Both the position numbers and the translations under genes were made by a program. Shown here piece after piece: positions 1 to 13,200 of a DNA stretch of 64,000 nucleotides (positions are counted from its first letter, which is position 1; each line of letters opens with the position of its first letter). The notes beneath the pieces are model-generated. The model was not told the DNA's origin. It saw only the letters and a program-made list of their open reading frames with translations, and ran no database searches. The DNA comes from Auanema rhodensis (Eukaryota > Animalia > Nematoda). The stretch is taken from contig OZ059898.1 of assembly GCA_964057225.1 (NCBI GenBank), positions 13,392,001 to 13,456,000 on the forward strand, given 5' to 3'.

Positions 1-852
1 TACTAAGATAGCTAATATTAGAGCAATCAGAGCCATGAAGGGAGTTGGTAATAAATGAATTTAATAGATATTACCTGATGTGATTGAAATATTTTTCCAT
101 AAAAATAATAGTACATATCACATATTTTCAATAATTACAAAAAAAATGTTTTTTTTTCTCCATTTATTACACTTACACATATTACATTAATTTTCAAAAT
201 GTTTTAATACATTTTCAAAATTTCCTTTGAAAAAATGTTATTTGATCATTAAATCTTAACACCAATTTCAAGTTTTTATGATAACTTCACATCTGAATAA
301 GCTCATCATAACGTTCATCGTGAATCTGAATCTAAAAAAATATATCCAAAATATGCAATAGTCTACGTGATATTAGTTAATTATCAAAAAAGAATTATCA
401 ATATAATTCTATCAGATATATCTTCATTTATCTATTACTCTCTCATTTTTCTATACTATTTTCAATTGTTATGATCTATTTAATGAGCGTATCATCATCT
501 TCTCTAATATCTTATATGTTCTGTCATTATTGTGATATTTCAAATTGAGATGAAAAGTACATGAAATAATCTTTCTGACTATTGCTTAGCTGTTTGCTGT
601 TTGTTGTTGCTGATGCTCAATAGTACTGCTATTGCTGACTGCTTCAACGTGTTGAAATAATGTAAAAAAACAGATTAAAATTATGAAAATGTTGAGAATG
701 AATAGAGAGAACAATCCACATTATGCCAACGTCGAGTTTTCATAGTATTATCGAATAGAATTTTAACATTTTCCCCATCAGCCTATTCTCGGTCATTTGC
801 ATGTCCGTCCTGGAACAGTTAGGCTGTTCGACTATCATCATCATCATCAAAA

Positions 853-3800
853 ATGTCTAATAAGGATTCAGCACACGTTGTTAGTTTTCCAGTTGAGGTA
901 TGTATGTCTACATATGCATCACATTCTGAACTCATTTCTCGTTTGAAAATGCTTGTTTAGATTGAAATAGCTGGAGGAAACTTGGAAGGTATCAATGAGA
1001 TTAAAGATGAGAAAGAGGAAGCTATCGTTATGGCTGGTGGAATTGTGAGATCACCCATGAATCAGGTAATATCTGATTGAAATTCACAGTTCAATTAAGA
1101 GAAACAATGTTTTACAGGATGAATTTGATAAGAAATTTTGTTTCAAAAACTCTCCAGAACATGAAAGTGAAAGATTTAGAAAATTCTTTAGAAAGTTAGA
1201 AAAACTCATGTTGAAACTGAACATATATTTAAAATTTACAGATATTATGAGCCATGTACATCTTGGACATCTTTTAAATATTCTCTATTTTCTTTTATTC
1301 CTATTCTTGATTGGCTTCCTGCCTATAATTGGTCTGAAAACATATTATCCGACATAGTAGGAGGAATAACTGTTGGAGTTATGCATGTTCCTCAAGGTTT
1401 CCTTTTTCATGTCGTTACCTCAGGCTATTTTTTTTGATAATTAAGGAATCGCATATAGTTTATTAGCTAAACAAGAAGCAGTTTCTGGCTTATATACTTC
1501 TTTCTTTGCTCCTCTTATTTATATGATTTTTGGAACGTCTAAACATGTATCTCTAGGTTTGCTTAGTTATAAGAAGTTTGCTCTCATAAGTGCACAATCT
1601 AGGATCTTTCGCCGTAGCCTCGCTTATGACTGGTCTTTCTGTTGAGCGGATGATAGGGCCAATTGCGGTAAAGTTTTTGAATAATCATACACAAATTTTT
1701 CTTTTCGCCAACATACTTTTGAAAGTTATACAAAGGTTTCTACTGCAGAATGCGCAAAATCAACAGTCCGAACTTATACAGGATGAAACACCGACTCCGC
1801 AACAAGTAGCCACTGCATTGACATGTCTCATCGGTCTTATACAGGTTTTGCAACTTTTCAAACTATTTTAATTTCTGATCACGCACATCTGTATATCAGA
1901 CAATATCATATAATATTATCAGCTCATTTACATTGAATCAGTTACCCGTTCAGTTGGTCGAAAATCTGAATAACATGGTTCATTTTCTCACTCCCTCTAT
2001 AATCTGTCTAGTTTTCATTATTTTGTATTTAAAAGAAATGAAGAAAAAAATTATACTTTTGACGTCATTATGATGTGGGTTGTGATGGAAAAATGTAAAT
2101 TAAGCAGAATCATTTGTGAACAAAAATATCTGGTGTAAATGGGTCACATGGTGGCAAAGTATCATCAAGTTTGTTCATAATGACGGTTGCAGCTTTTAAT
2201 GGGATTCTGTCGGCTTTCATTCATGATGTCATACTTTTCTGATCAAGTTATTGCCGGATTTACAACAGCTGCCTCATGCCACGTATTTGCTTCACAGTTG
2301 AAAGATGCGTTTGGTCTTCGAAACTTACCTAATCGTTCTGGTCCCGGGAATGCTTTATTTGTAAAGAAATAGAATTGAAAACGATGATAGAATTTTAAAT
2401 TTAATTTCAGAAGCTTTACGATGCAGTTGTAGCATTACCTACAGCTAACGTAGTTACTACATCAGTATGTGTAGTTGTTATTGCTATTTTGGTTATTGGA
2501 AAAGATTATTTTAACCCATGGTTAAAGAAAAAGTGCAAAATGGATTTACCTATTCCATTTGAACTTGTAGTGGTAATATCAATTAACTCAAACATCTATC
2601 TCACTTCATGTGATACTTAGGTTATACTTGGTACAGTTGTATCTGCTTTACTAAATTTACACGATGAATACAATGTTTCGGTTGTTAAGACTATTCCTAC
2701 AGGGTAAACTTTACTGATATATCATGGATGTTTTAAGTAATATACTATGATTACAGACTTCCGGTTCCACATGTTCCAGATATTCGATTGATACCGGCTT
2801 TATTACCTGATGCTATTGCTATTGCTATTGTTTCTGTAGCGATTCATATTTCATTGGCTAAAATGTTTGCTAAAAAGAATAAGTATTCTGTTGATCCTGG
2901 ACAGGTTTTTAAATTGCTTATGGTAAAGGCTTAAGAAACAATGATTTAGGAGCTTTGGGCTCTTGGCCTTACCTCAGTTGGTAGTAGTTTCATGCCAGTA
3001 TACCCTTCTGCGCCATCATTGGGAAGAACTTTAGTGAATGTAGCAGCAGGTACAAAAACACAAGTAAGCTAATCCTTTCAACATCATGAATATACAAATA
3101 TATTTTTATAATTTTAGTTGTCCACTTTGTTTTCATCTGTGTTATTGATAGCCGTTATTACATATTTTGGTCAATGGCTGACTACATTACCAATGGTAGA
3201 AAGTTAAAATAAAATTAATAATTATATATAATCTTTAAGTGTGTTCTATCAGGTATTATCATAGTTGCCTTAAAAGGCATGGCACGCAAATTCAAAGATT
3301 TGCCAACTCTATGGCCATTATCAAAAATTGATTTTGTAAGATAAACTTAATTTCTTAATTAAAATTATTCAAATGAGTTTATAGAGCATTTGGGTTGTTT
3401 CATTTTTAGCTACAGTATGTATAGATGTAACTGAAGGATTAGCTGTAGCCATACTATATGCATTATTTACTACAATTATGCGAGAACAATGGTAAACTAT
3501 ATATTATAATAATATTATACTTAACTATAAAAATGAATATAGACATCTATTTAATAATATTTTTAAATATTAAAAAAAAACAGAAAAATTTATAATAATC
3601 ATGCTACTTACCCTAACACAACCGGTTTATGCGACTATTATTATATTAAAATAAGAATACTACGTGACTGTTTCACGTGTAAATGCAAATTTTTAGCGTT
3701 ATCGTTTTAATTTTTTATTTTATTTCAATAGGCCACGTTGGCATTTGCTGGGTAATGTAAGCGGAACAACGGATTATAGAGATTCTGAACGTTATCAAGA

Positions 3801-4634
3801 TGTATACTTTGTAAAAGTATAATTATTATAATTAATTTCATTTCATAAAAAAAATTCTTTTTAGGGAATCTGCATTTTCCGATTCGACTCACCATTATTA
3901 TTTACTAATGTTGAAAGGTTATTTAGATTTATAAAAAAATAATTTTTTAACTTTTTGTTTTATAATTATTAATTATTCACAAAAATTTGATTTCAGATTT
4001 AAGAAATCTGTAGAAAAAGCTTATAAAGAATGGGAAAGATCTCATGAATTTTATATTCTACGAAAAGAAAGATCTCAAATGTTCCTTGATCCATCTTTTC
4101 TTGAGCACGAACTTACTGTAGTAAACTCTGATGATAAAGATGATTTCATGCTTACTCGTCATTTCATCATTGATTGTTCTGGTTTCACTTTTGTGGATTA
4201 TATGGGAGTTAGTGCTTTGAAAGAGGTATCTTCATCCATATATTCTAAGTTACTATACAATTTTTAAAGATTTATTCTGATATGAGAGCTAAAGGAATTC
4301 TCGTATACTTTGCTGCATCAAAAGGTAAATCAATTGATTTTTTGAAATTTTCGTGAGAACGTACATTCAGCTTCTGTTCGAGATCTATTTGAATCGAGTG
4401 GTTTCTATTCTTTTGTTACAAAAGATCATTTTTATCCAACAATTCGAGATGCTGTAGCTATTGCTCGACGACGTCAACTAGCGTAAGTCATCTCTTATAT
4501 AATTTTTCTTTTTCTATTTAACTATGTAATATAATAAAATAATTGTTTATTATAGAAAAGGACAGTATGATTCTTTGTATACTCCAGAACATGATCGTCT
4601 TTCTGAAATTATCAGTTCACATCCAATGCATTAG
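853..4634 (+). CDS. SLC26/SulP-family anion (sulfate) transporter with C-terminal STAS domain, multi-exon (sulp family)
   Basis: Spliced translation gives [89 protein letters not shown] and [27 protein letters not shown] 853, TAG 4632-4634. Confidence 0.95.
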
Positions 4635-5275
4635 ATCTGTTATACATCTGGAATTGTGAAAATTATCTAATACGCTCTTGATATTTCTTTGGAATTTAAA
4701 AAGAAATGAATAACTAAGAACATGCAAAGAAGATTTAATGTGTCTCCATCTCTCTTCCTTCCATCTATATGTTTTCCTTTGAATCATGGAAATATTTAAC
4801 TATGAAACTTGAGGCACATAGTTTATTACTATTATATTTATTTATTTCACAACAATAATAAATAAGAATTCTAATTATATTGTGTTTGCCACATAATAAA
4901 TCTATTGAGATCACAAGACAGAACGCGAGAATATTACGAGAAGACAATTAAACAATTAGGAATTAATTGAAGAAAAAAAATATTTTAAATCAGAATATAC
5001 CAGATGAATAAACTTTTAAACTGTTTAATGCTGGTTCAACAACATTAAAAAATAATTTAAAGAATTGTAAATAAAAAGAAGAAATATGTTTAGAACATAA
5101 ATTGTTAAATGGTCTTCGTGTAGAAATGTAGATGAAATGACCGGCATTTGAGGAGTGAGGTACATAGGAATGGTTAAAGAGTGCTTGAACATTGATAAGA
5201 TCTGTTGTAAAAATTAAAAAAATAAACAAATAAACAAATAATTTGAAAGAATGACGGAAAATGAAAATAATAATT

Positions 5276-7285
5276 CTAAAGCACTTGACTATTATTGTGA
5301 TCACCGCCATGATGCCCGTTTTCCATAAGACTGAAATAGAAAAATGTTATGAATTTAGATATTAAAATGAATTATATTATAATAATATGCAAGTTATAAC
5401 ATCAAAAAAACTTACAGTAATGGCATTTTCTTTGGAATATTAGTACTTAATCGAACTGTTGGACTGTCTCCTGTACTGATTGGAGAGGAATGTCGTCGAC
5501 AACCAATCAAACGAAGAAAAGCTTCCCGATATTCGGATGAGCACAATGCATAAAGATAAAAATTGTAGAGGTAACTGAAAAGTATTATGGAAATTTATGA
5601 AATTATGTGATAAACAAACCTAGTGACTTGTAATAGATTACTTGTAGCTTTGAATGTTTGCCAGAACAGATCATTATCTTCAGCATTTCGCACAAAAAGA
5701 GACAAAAATGAAGCTGGAAGATTACAGAGAACGAATGTTGTAGATGTGACTAATAGAAGCACAGATATTCTGCTTCGATCTTCTCGACTATTTCGACCAT
5801 GGCGAGCTTTGAGGGAACGCCTGGAAATGTGAGAATAACTTTGAACTTATACCGTAATTAGACTATTTATATGATAGTAGTCGAATAATCATATTAGAAA
5901 ATACAAAAATTATCTCTTACCGTAATTGTTTTTTCTCTAACTGCTGTAATGACCGTATCATAGCTGCATTGAGAACTACTAATAAAACTACAGGACCCCA
6001 TCGTGATACTAACTATAAATAATAAATATTAGTTGATGAAAATAATAAAATGTTTTTATAGTTAGTAATGAATGCAACCATTTTAATGATATTGAAAAAT
6101 AAAAATGTGACGAATCGGCGTGACGTCATTAACAGCGTGCGTGTGCTATATGCTAATTTCGAAATTTGAGCTTCATCAATATTGATTGTAACATTTGTTC
6201 TCAAAAAAAATTAAAATGGATACCTCTCGAAAGAGTAAATAAACTTGAAAAGGTAAGCCATCTTCAATCTCATGATTACGAACAATATTATATTGAAATC
6301 TGGAAGTAAAAACAAATAGAAATGAATACATACATGTATTTAAAGCAAAAAATATAAGATAATGTACCTAACAATATCAGTTGATGGAATCAATTTTTTT
6401 TGATAAATTGATGGTATGTAAATTAAAAATGCCACTAAGTATAAGGCTGCTATAATCTTTTTAGTTCTTCGTTTGCTATCAGATGTGTTAAAAAACTGAA
6501 TTGGATGACATATTGAAAGATAGCGATCCACAGTCATGGCAACTATGCAAAATGCACTGAAAATTTAGAAGTTTTATTGAAAAAATTCTCTAAAATTCTA
6601 TATTACCTTGCTGCTATTAAAGCATTGATTATAGGCAACTCCAAATGAGCATGATAAAGCATTTCTATTTTTGATCTTGTATTGATTAGATCAGCATGAC
6701 GTAATAGAAATGGTATAAACGATATGATGGATAATATATCAGCTATAGCTGAAGCCTGAAATAATGATTAATCATCAGATGATGTATGCTCATTCGTTTT
6801 TAAATGTACTTTGAGGTATAGAAATCCACCAGAAGGTAGTTGTAGTAAGGTACATACGTTTAAACATTGATTAATCATTCCTGGAAAAATAAGATATAAC
6901 TCAATCTATCATAATTAGTTTTCGCTGTGCACAAATGGTCAGCGTTTCTCAGGCATCTGACTGACCCTTTTGCTGTCACTTCACTGTTCTCTCATTCTTC
7001 TCTTTATATAAACTAAGCGGGAAATTCAAAAAATATATGAAAATCAGCTGTATATATAGCCGAAGAATCTTATATTCCCCTCCTTTCCCCAACACACACA
7101 CACACACACAATTTGAATGATCTGTTTTCTTTTTATAACAGTTTAGATTCAGTGGCATCCATGAACAGATGTTCATTCAATTTCAGATTTAAACATTTTT
7201 TTTTCAGAAAACAATACAAAAACTCACCGATTGTTAAAACAATTGGCATGACGACTACATGAGCCACATATTCGACTTCTGCCAT
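5276..7285 (-). CDS. Class A neuropeptide-receptor-like GPCR, multi-exon
   Basis: Exons give AHVVVMPIVLTIG, YHAHLELPIINALI, MTVDRYLSICHP, FVLCNLPA and YNFYLYALCSSEYREAF. The last exon ends NNSQVL-TAG at 5276-5278. The start at 7285 is tentative: an upstream exon via the acceptor near 7380 is possible. Confidence 0.9.
7092..7109. repeat. (CA)n microsatellite
   Basis: acacacacacacacacac in the first GPCR intron. Confidence 0.8.
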
Positions 7286-10200
7286 TGACGTGTTCGAATA
7301 CACTGTACTAGATGCGGTGGACGTTAAGGACGAAAAGTCCAGTGGACTGTATTCGCCCACCGAATTATGTGAAAGTAATCTGAAATCAAAGAAAAATGAT
7401 GATGATTATTTGGAAATACAACTGAAATCGTAATAGGGGAAGGAAGAACATCACATATAAGGTTAAATGCTAGATGTAATAGATGAATATTCATCCCTTT
7501 GAACATGATTACACAACAAAACACATGGATTAAGTAGAGTTGCAATGAAATTATCATGCTGAATGATAATGAAAATCAGTAATGAATGAAGAATTTCGGG
7601 AGCGGATTCTGGTTTATTCTCTGAGAAATTAATGAAATATGATTAGTTTGAGGAAATCATTATCCTTTAGGTATATTCCGAATATAGACAGCTATGAATA
7701 GAAAGTATGAGAAAAGAACAGCTGAGGATCAGCGTTGATGAGATTCTTAAATCAGACAATATTTGATATAACTAGTAAATTGAAGTAAATCGAAATGATA
7801 CTATATGATTTCGATGGGCAAAGATGAAGTGTGCCTGACACCTACACCGGAAGTTGAATTCTAACATGTAATTGAAGCTTGATGCCAACGAAACCATGAA
7901 GCAGAAGATCGAGAAGCGTAAAAAGAGGGGAGAAAAGTTAAGGCAGATGTTCAAGCTTGTGATGAGAAAGGCATTGAGTAGGAAACCAAAAGGAATTGAA
8001 AAAGAAAGAGAAAGTGAAAGATTTGGCAGTAAATGGCTTAATTTCTTAATTATATTCAGCTTTGTTTGCCACGTGTTTAAGCAGCTTCGCAACATCCATC
8101 TTTCGGCTCGCCTTCTTTTTAAATTTCATAGCATTGTAGGTGAATGAAGATGAAAGTTTAAAGATTTTTTTCAAAAAAAAGTAGGAAATTAACTTGAATA
8201 AGTAAGTAGTAAAGCATCTTGATCAGAACACTTTTTTACTTATCTACATAGATAGAAAGAAGCATCTCTGAACTCTAACTATGATTAACGTCGTTTGCCT
8301 CATCATCACGATCAGCATCAGCTGATTTGTTGTTTGAAGCTAATATATTAGATTGACGTAGTTGGAAACTGATGAAAAAGTTGAACAAAGCTTATTTTCA
8401 TGAATTTTTAGGATTTTTTAAAACCTTCCTTTCTGTTTATAGTTAAGTAAATGTTTTTCTTTTTCCAAGAAGCTTTTAAACTTCTTCACACACATGCACA
8501 CGTATCTAAACTTCATATCTTCTTCTTCACTGACAGCTTTTCAAGAAGATTCTGAATGTAAATACATACTAAATATTAAAATAAACTTAAAGAAATAGAT
8601 TTCCAATAAAACAATTCTTTCTGATTTTTCTGAACCTATTGTCTTCTTTGTAAAGACAATTAAAAATGCGAAACACAGTAGTTTACGACCAATGTTACAT
8701 GAGAACTTTTAAACTTATCAAATTACAAAGAATTTAGTTATTTAACTATTGAATGAATATTGATTATTTATTTAATATAATTATGTTTATTAAACTTTTA
8801 AAGTTGAAATTAGAAAATGAAAACCAAATATTGATTTATCCAACACAATAATTTGATTCCAAAAAGTTTGAAGAAAATTATTTTTTTCAATAACTCAAAA
8901 AATGATGTGAATTTTCTGAGTTTAACATCTTAATTAGTTTCGAAATACTCTTTTTTCGTTGGAATTCTTGATCATTTCGTGCTTTGACGTCCAGCAGGAG
9001 TCAAATTGTTTCGGACGTTTCCAAATGGCGGTTGTGGTGGTGGTTCATCCAAATCAAACATAGTTTACAAAATCCAAATATAGAATAGGAGAAAAGTGTA
9101 AAATTGCAAAAATAAATCAAATACGAAAAAGATATTTTGAAATCATCCATATGTGGCCGTAAAATTTTTCTTTTTTCAAAATTTGGTTGTTGGGACCATA
9201 TTTGAAGATTCAAATTAGGTATGGTTATATGGGTGAAAAGAAGAGAAAAATTATAATCTTTTACAGTGTTTTGATTAGTTTTCTTAAATATTTTAAAAGA
9301 AAAGATGTACAAGATATCATTTTTTTCTGAGAAGGAGAGCTTCTCGGTGCAAAAGTTGTCACAAAAACTAGACAAACTTTAGATTTTACAAGACAAGATA
9401 TGATGATGACTCTGCAAGTCGTGAAGAAGCTCTAGTCAAATAATCTTGCAAATGGAAAGAGAAAAGGAGAGATATAGTAGCATTTAATCAGTTTTTTTCA
9501 ATATTAAATAGCTAATTATGTTAATTTTTAAGTTTTAATTTTAAATTTTAATAAAGTTCAAATCATTGTTCATAGAAAGGTAATAGGATTAGTTGATGAT
9601 TTATTCGTAGACAGCCACAGCATGGATATGTAGTTTGAATTTGATCAATATTATACTTCAAGAAAAAAAATTATTTTGTAACCTTTTTTCATAAAAAATG
9701 TAAAAAGAAAACATGATTGATAATAGAGCAAATAACAAAAATGAATCGAAGTACAAGCTTGAGATACAGAGATATGACAACGAAAAGCAAGCGATGATGA
9801 TCAGGACATCTTCCAAATATTTGTGAATTCTTGCTTCTCATTCTTTATCTATTTTTTTTGAAATCTGACAAATGAACATGCTTCGAGTTGTTAAAGAGAA
9901 TAGATCTAATATGCAGGAAGAAATGTGAATATCACGAATAACGCATCAGAATATATAATTCACGTGAAAGTACACGTTGTTCATTTTCATTATTTAGTTT
10001 TTCAAATGGTGAAGTGGTTGTACGCGAACAGTTAGGATGTATTGAGCGGTTGTTTTCTTCATTTTTCGAGGTCAATCAATTGAATTTTCTTTTTTCTTTT
10101 AATAATATTTATGAATATATTTATTTAGTTTATTGAATATTCTATCAAATATATTGAATAGAAAAAAAAATGAAAATAATGAAAATGATGCTGACCATTT

Positions 10201-13200
10201 CATGAAAAATTTAAGCTCTTTCCTTATAATCTGATCATTATCATTATCATCATGACCGTAATCAGCCCACACCATAGTAAAGATGACAATAGGAATTAGA
10301 GAGAGAGGGAGAGAGAGAAAGATTAGTGAACCATAAAAAGAGTTAATGAGAGAAAATGATAGACAGTTAATGTGAAGACATTGAAAGAAAATGCTAATGA
10401 TTTAAGCGGAAAATGGTAAATTTTAATAAAAAAAGAGAACAAAACTGAGCGGAAAATCATATGGACTCTGTCCAAGTTTTACCTCTTTCTATTGCACTTT
10501 CTCTTCATTAATCTAAACAAGATCGTATTGTTTTACAGTTTTCTCTTCTTTCCCTTCTTTTTTGTGCGAAAGCCGAATGAAGTTTAGTTGAAACTTTAAC
10601 CACATAAAATGCAGAAATCAACGAGCAAGTTTACTTTTTTTTTTCCAGTTACTCATGTGGCTCGAACGTTTGAACATGAGAGGGTGTGAAATAAAAAAAA
10701 ATTTCTTTCTATCTACTTTCATTGGAAACGTGAAATATTTCAGCGAATTGTAAGTGAAGTGTGAAAAATAGGCAGAAAATGAATGATATGATATAGCAAT
10801 AATGAGAGAAAACAAAGATCAAATCTATATGTAGATATTAGTTAAATATAAGAAATAGTTGTAGGTGGTAAAAGAAAGAGTTTCCTTTTCATGTTCATTC
10901 ACATCTAATTTTTAATTTCTCGACATTTGTCATCAAGCTATCAAGTCAAAATCATTTTGCACAAATATCTTAAATTCAATTATAAATTTCATTTGAATTC
11001 GAAAATTTCCTGAAAGATAATAGAAGCATGAAGACGACGAAGGAGGAGGTGAAGGAGAAAGAAGGACCGAAGGAAAGATTCATCGTGCTCGAAACTTACT
11101 TCATTTTTTTTCTTAATTTCCGGTTTGAAAACAATCTATCTAAGCAGAACAAGAAGCATCATTACATCACTAAAAGTTTCTAAATGATATTAGTTATACA
11201 TATAGTTAAGACGATGAACAACACAGTCATAAGGAAATTCAAAAAAACAGCTTTTAAGATATTATAAAACATGTTACATATATGATTTTGAAGTAGTAGA
11301 AAGAAGCTGAAAATGAATATTCACGTTTACAGAGAAGTTAAACGTTAAAATGATTATGTGAGCAAGATTTTCCTTGATGCATCATTGAGAGGGAGGAAGA
11401 GAGAAAGAGCGAGGGAAAGAGAGACGGAAGAGAAACAGAGAAAAAGCTTAACGCAGGAGAAACGAAGCGTTTGCTGAGGATGTGCATAAATTAATGAAAT
11501 AAGTTTCGGTGAACTCATTAAGCATCATCATCAAGCGATTTTCCCATGGCTAGACATCGCACGTGGGGAGACGACAAGAGACGAGTGAAGATGCATAGCA
11601 GCTCAAAGCCGACTTTAGGAAGTCATCATGTAATCCATTGATTATTCAATAACATCAATGATAGTGCTTGAAAGAATGAAGAGGTAGAAAGGTAATCAGA
11701 GGCTGAAACGTGGAAAGCCATTGTTACTGGAATTAGAGAGGCTGAGTGTTTTTGAAACGAAAGCATAGACAAGAAACAGAAATTGAAATGAGAGAACAAA
11801 GATGGAACTTCATTAGTTATCCTATTTGTTGCTCATGTCATGTTCCTCTCGTACTTTTCGCTATTTGTTTTTGATAAATTGACATTGGAGTTTCAGACAA
11901 CGGGATCAATTATCAGAAAAAAATGAAAAATAATTGGAAACTAGAAACAAAAGAAATTCACTTAATCACTGCACAAGAACATAAGAGTCAGAGGATTTAT
12001 TTTGGAAATGTTAGGGGCAAGGAAGGGCACTCATGGCAGCTTATATCATCACAGTAGCTCATAGAACTCTTATGCGGAAAGAGCAGGACGATTTCCCGAA
12101 GAATGTGATGAATCTCTCAGCTGTCCTGTTGAAGAATCTCATTCTGACCTTTCAGCTCATTGGTATAGTCTTTTGCTTATGTGCAAATCGAGATGTCGTC
12201 ATCATCACAACACATGTCGTGTGGAAATTTTGAATGAAAATTTATCGAATACATAGAGAGCGATAGAGATTCAGAGAAAAATGGAGAAGGATAGAAGAAC
12301 AGGGAGGGTGTGGGGGAAGAAAGATTCAGTAAATTGATGAAAAATTCTTTTCTTCCTCGTTTTTGACTAGCTGTGATCAATATAGACAACGATTTATCTT
12401 TTTTTGATACAGCAGCAATCAGAAATATCTCGTAATTTCATTTTGAATTATGAAATCTTTTTTGCTCATTCAGTTACTGATAACTTGTTATTTAGCAGTT
12501 ATAGTATAATGCTTTCAAATCATTCTTGATTCAATTGTCTCTTATCTATCTATCTATCAACATACATAATCTTAACCATCACAACAGAATTCGAAGAGGT
12601 AGCAAGAGGTAGCAGGTGGTTGTGATAGTACTGATAATAACAGAGGAGGAAATAGTTTACAGCAATACATGCACTTCAGTTTCTCCTCTTGCGGCATACT
12701 TATGCTTAAGTTTCGACGCAAGCTTGGCAACCAACCAGAAAAGCAATAAAAAGAATCAATCATGTGTAAAGAGAGCAGGACATTAAACTTCATCAAAGAT
12801 CTTTCCAATAAAAAATTATTATTCTATCACATTATAAATAAAGGCAAAGATTTGAATGTTGATAGCTTCATCTCCTAGTTAATTCTTATGGGATTACATT
12901 TTTTCCACTAATTTCTTAATAAATTATGAAGATAAAATATTGAAAACAAATATTGATAACATCATTTAGGAATTAAAACGTCAATATTTTTGAAAACTGA
13001 AAACATTTGAGAAAAGAAAAAAGAGAATAAACCTCTTTTGTGCTCATTCATATCAATTTTTCAAGCTGACAAGGAGTTAAGGCTTTCAATCAAGTTGCTA
13101 AAATGTTTCAGTTTTCCTTTTGATTAATCTACGTTTGAAAATTAGCTTGTTCCTTTCAAAAAAGAAAAAAAACAGAAACATGAGCCAAGAAAGGAAGTGA

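Noticed and set aside
4990-5310. 106-aa ORF as the GPCR terminal exon
   Set aside because: The splice phase puts the real frame's stop at 5276-5278.
7772-8147. Overlapping Lys/Arg-rich and hydrophobic ORFs
   Set aside because: Purine-rich low-complexity DNA with no domain or splice support.
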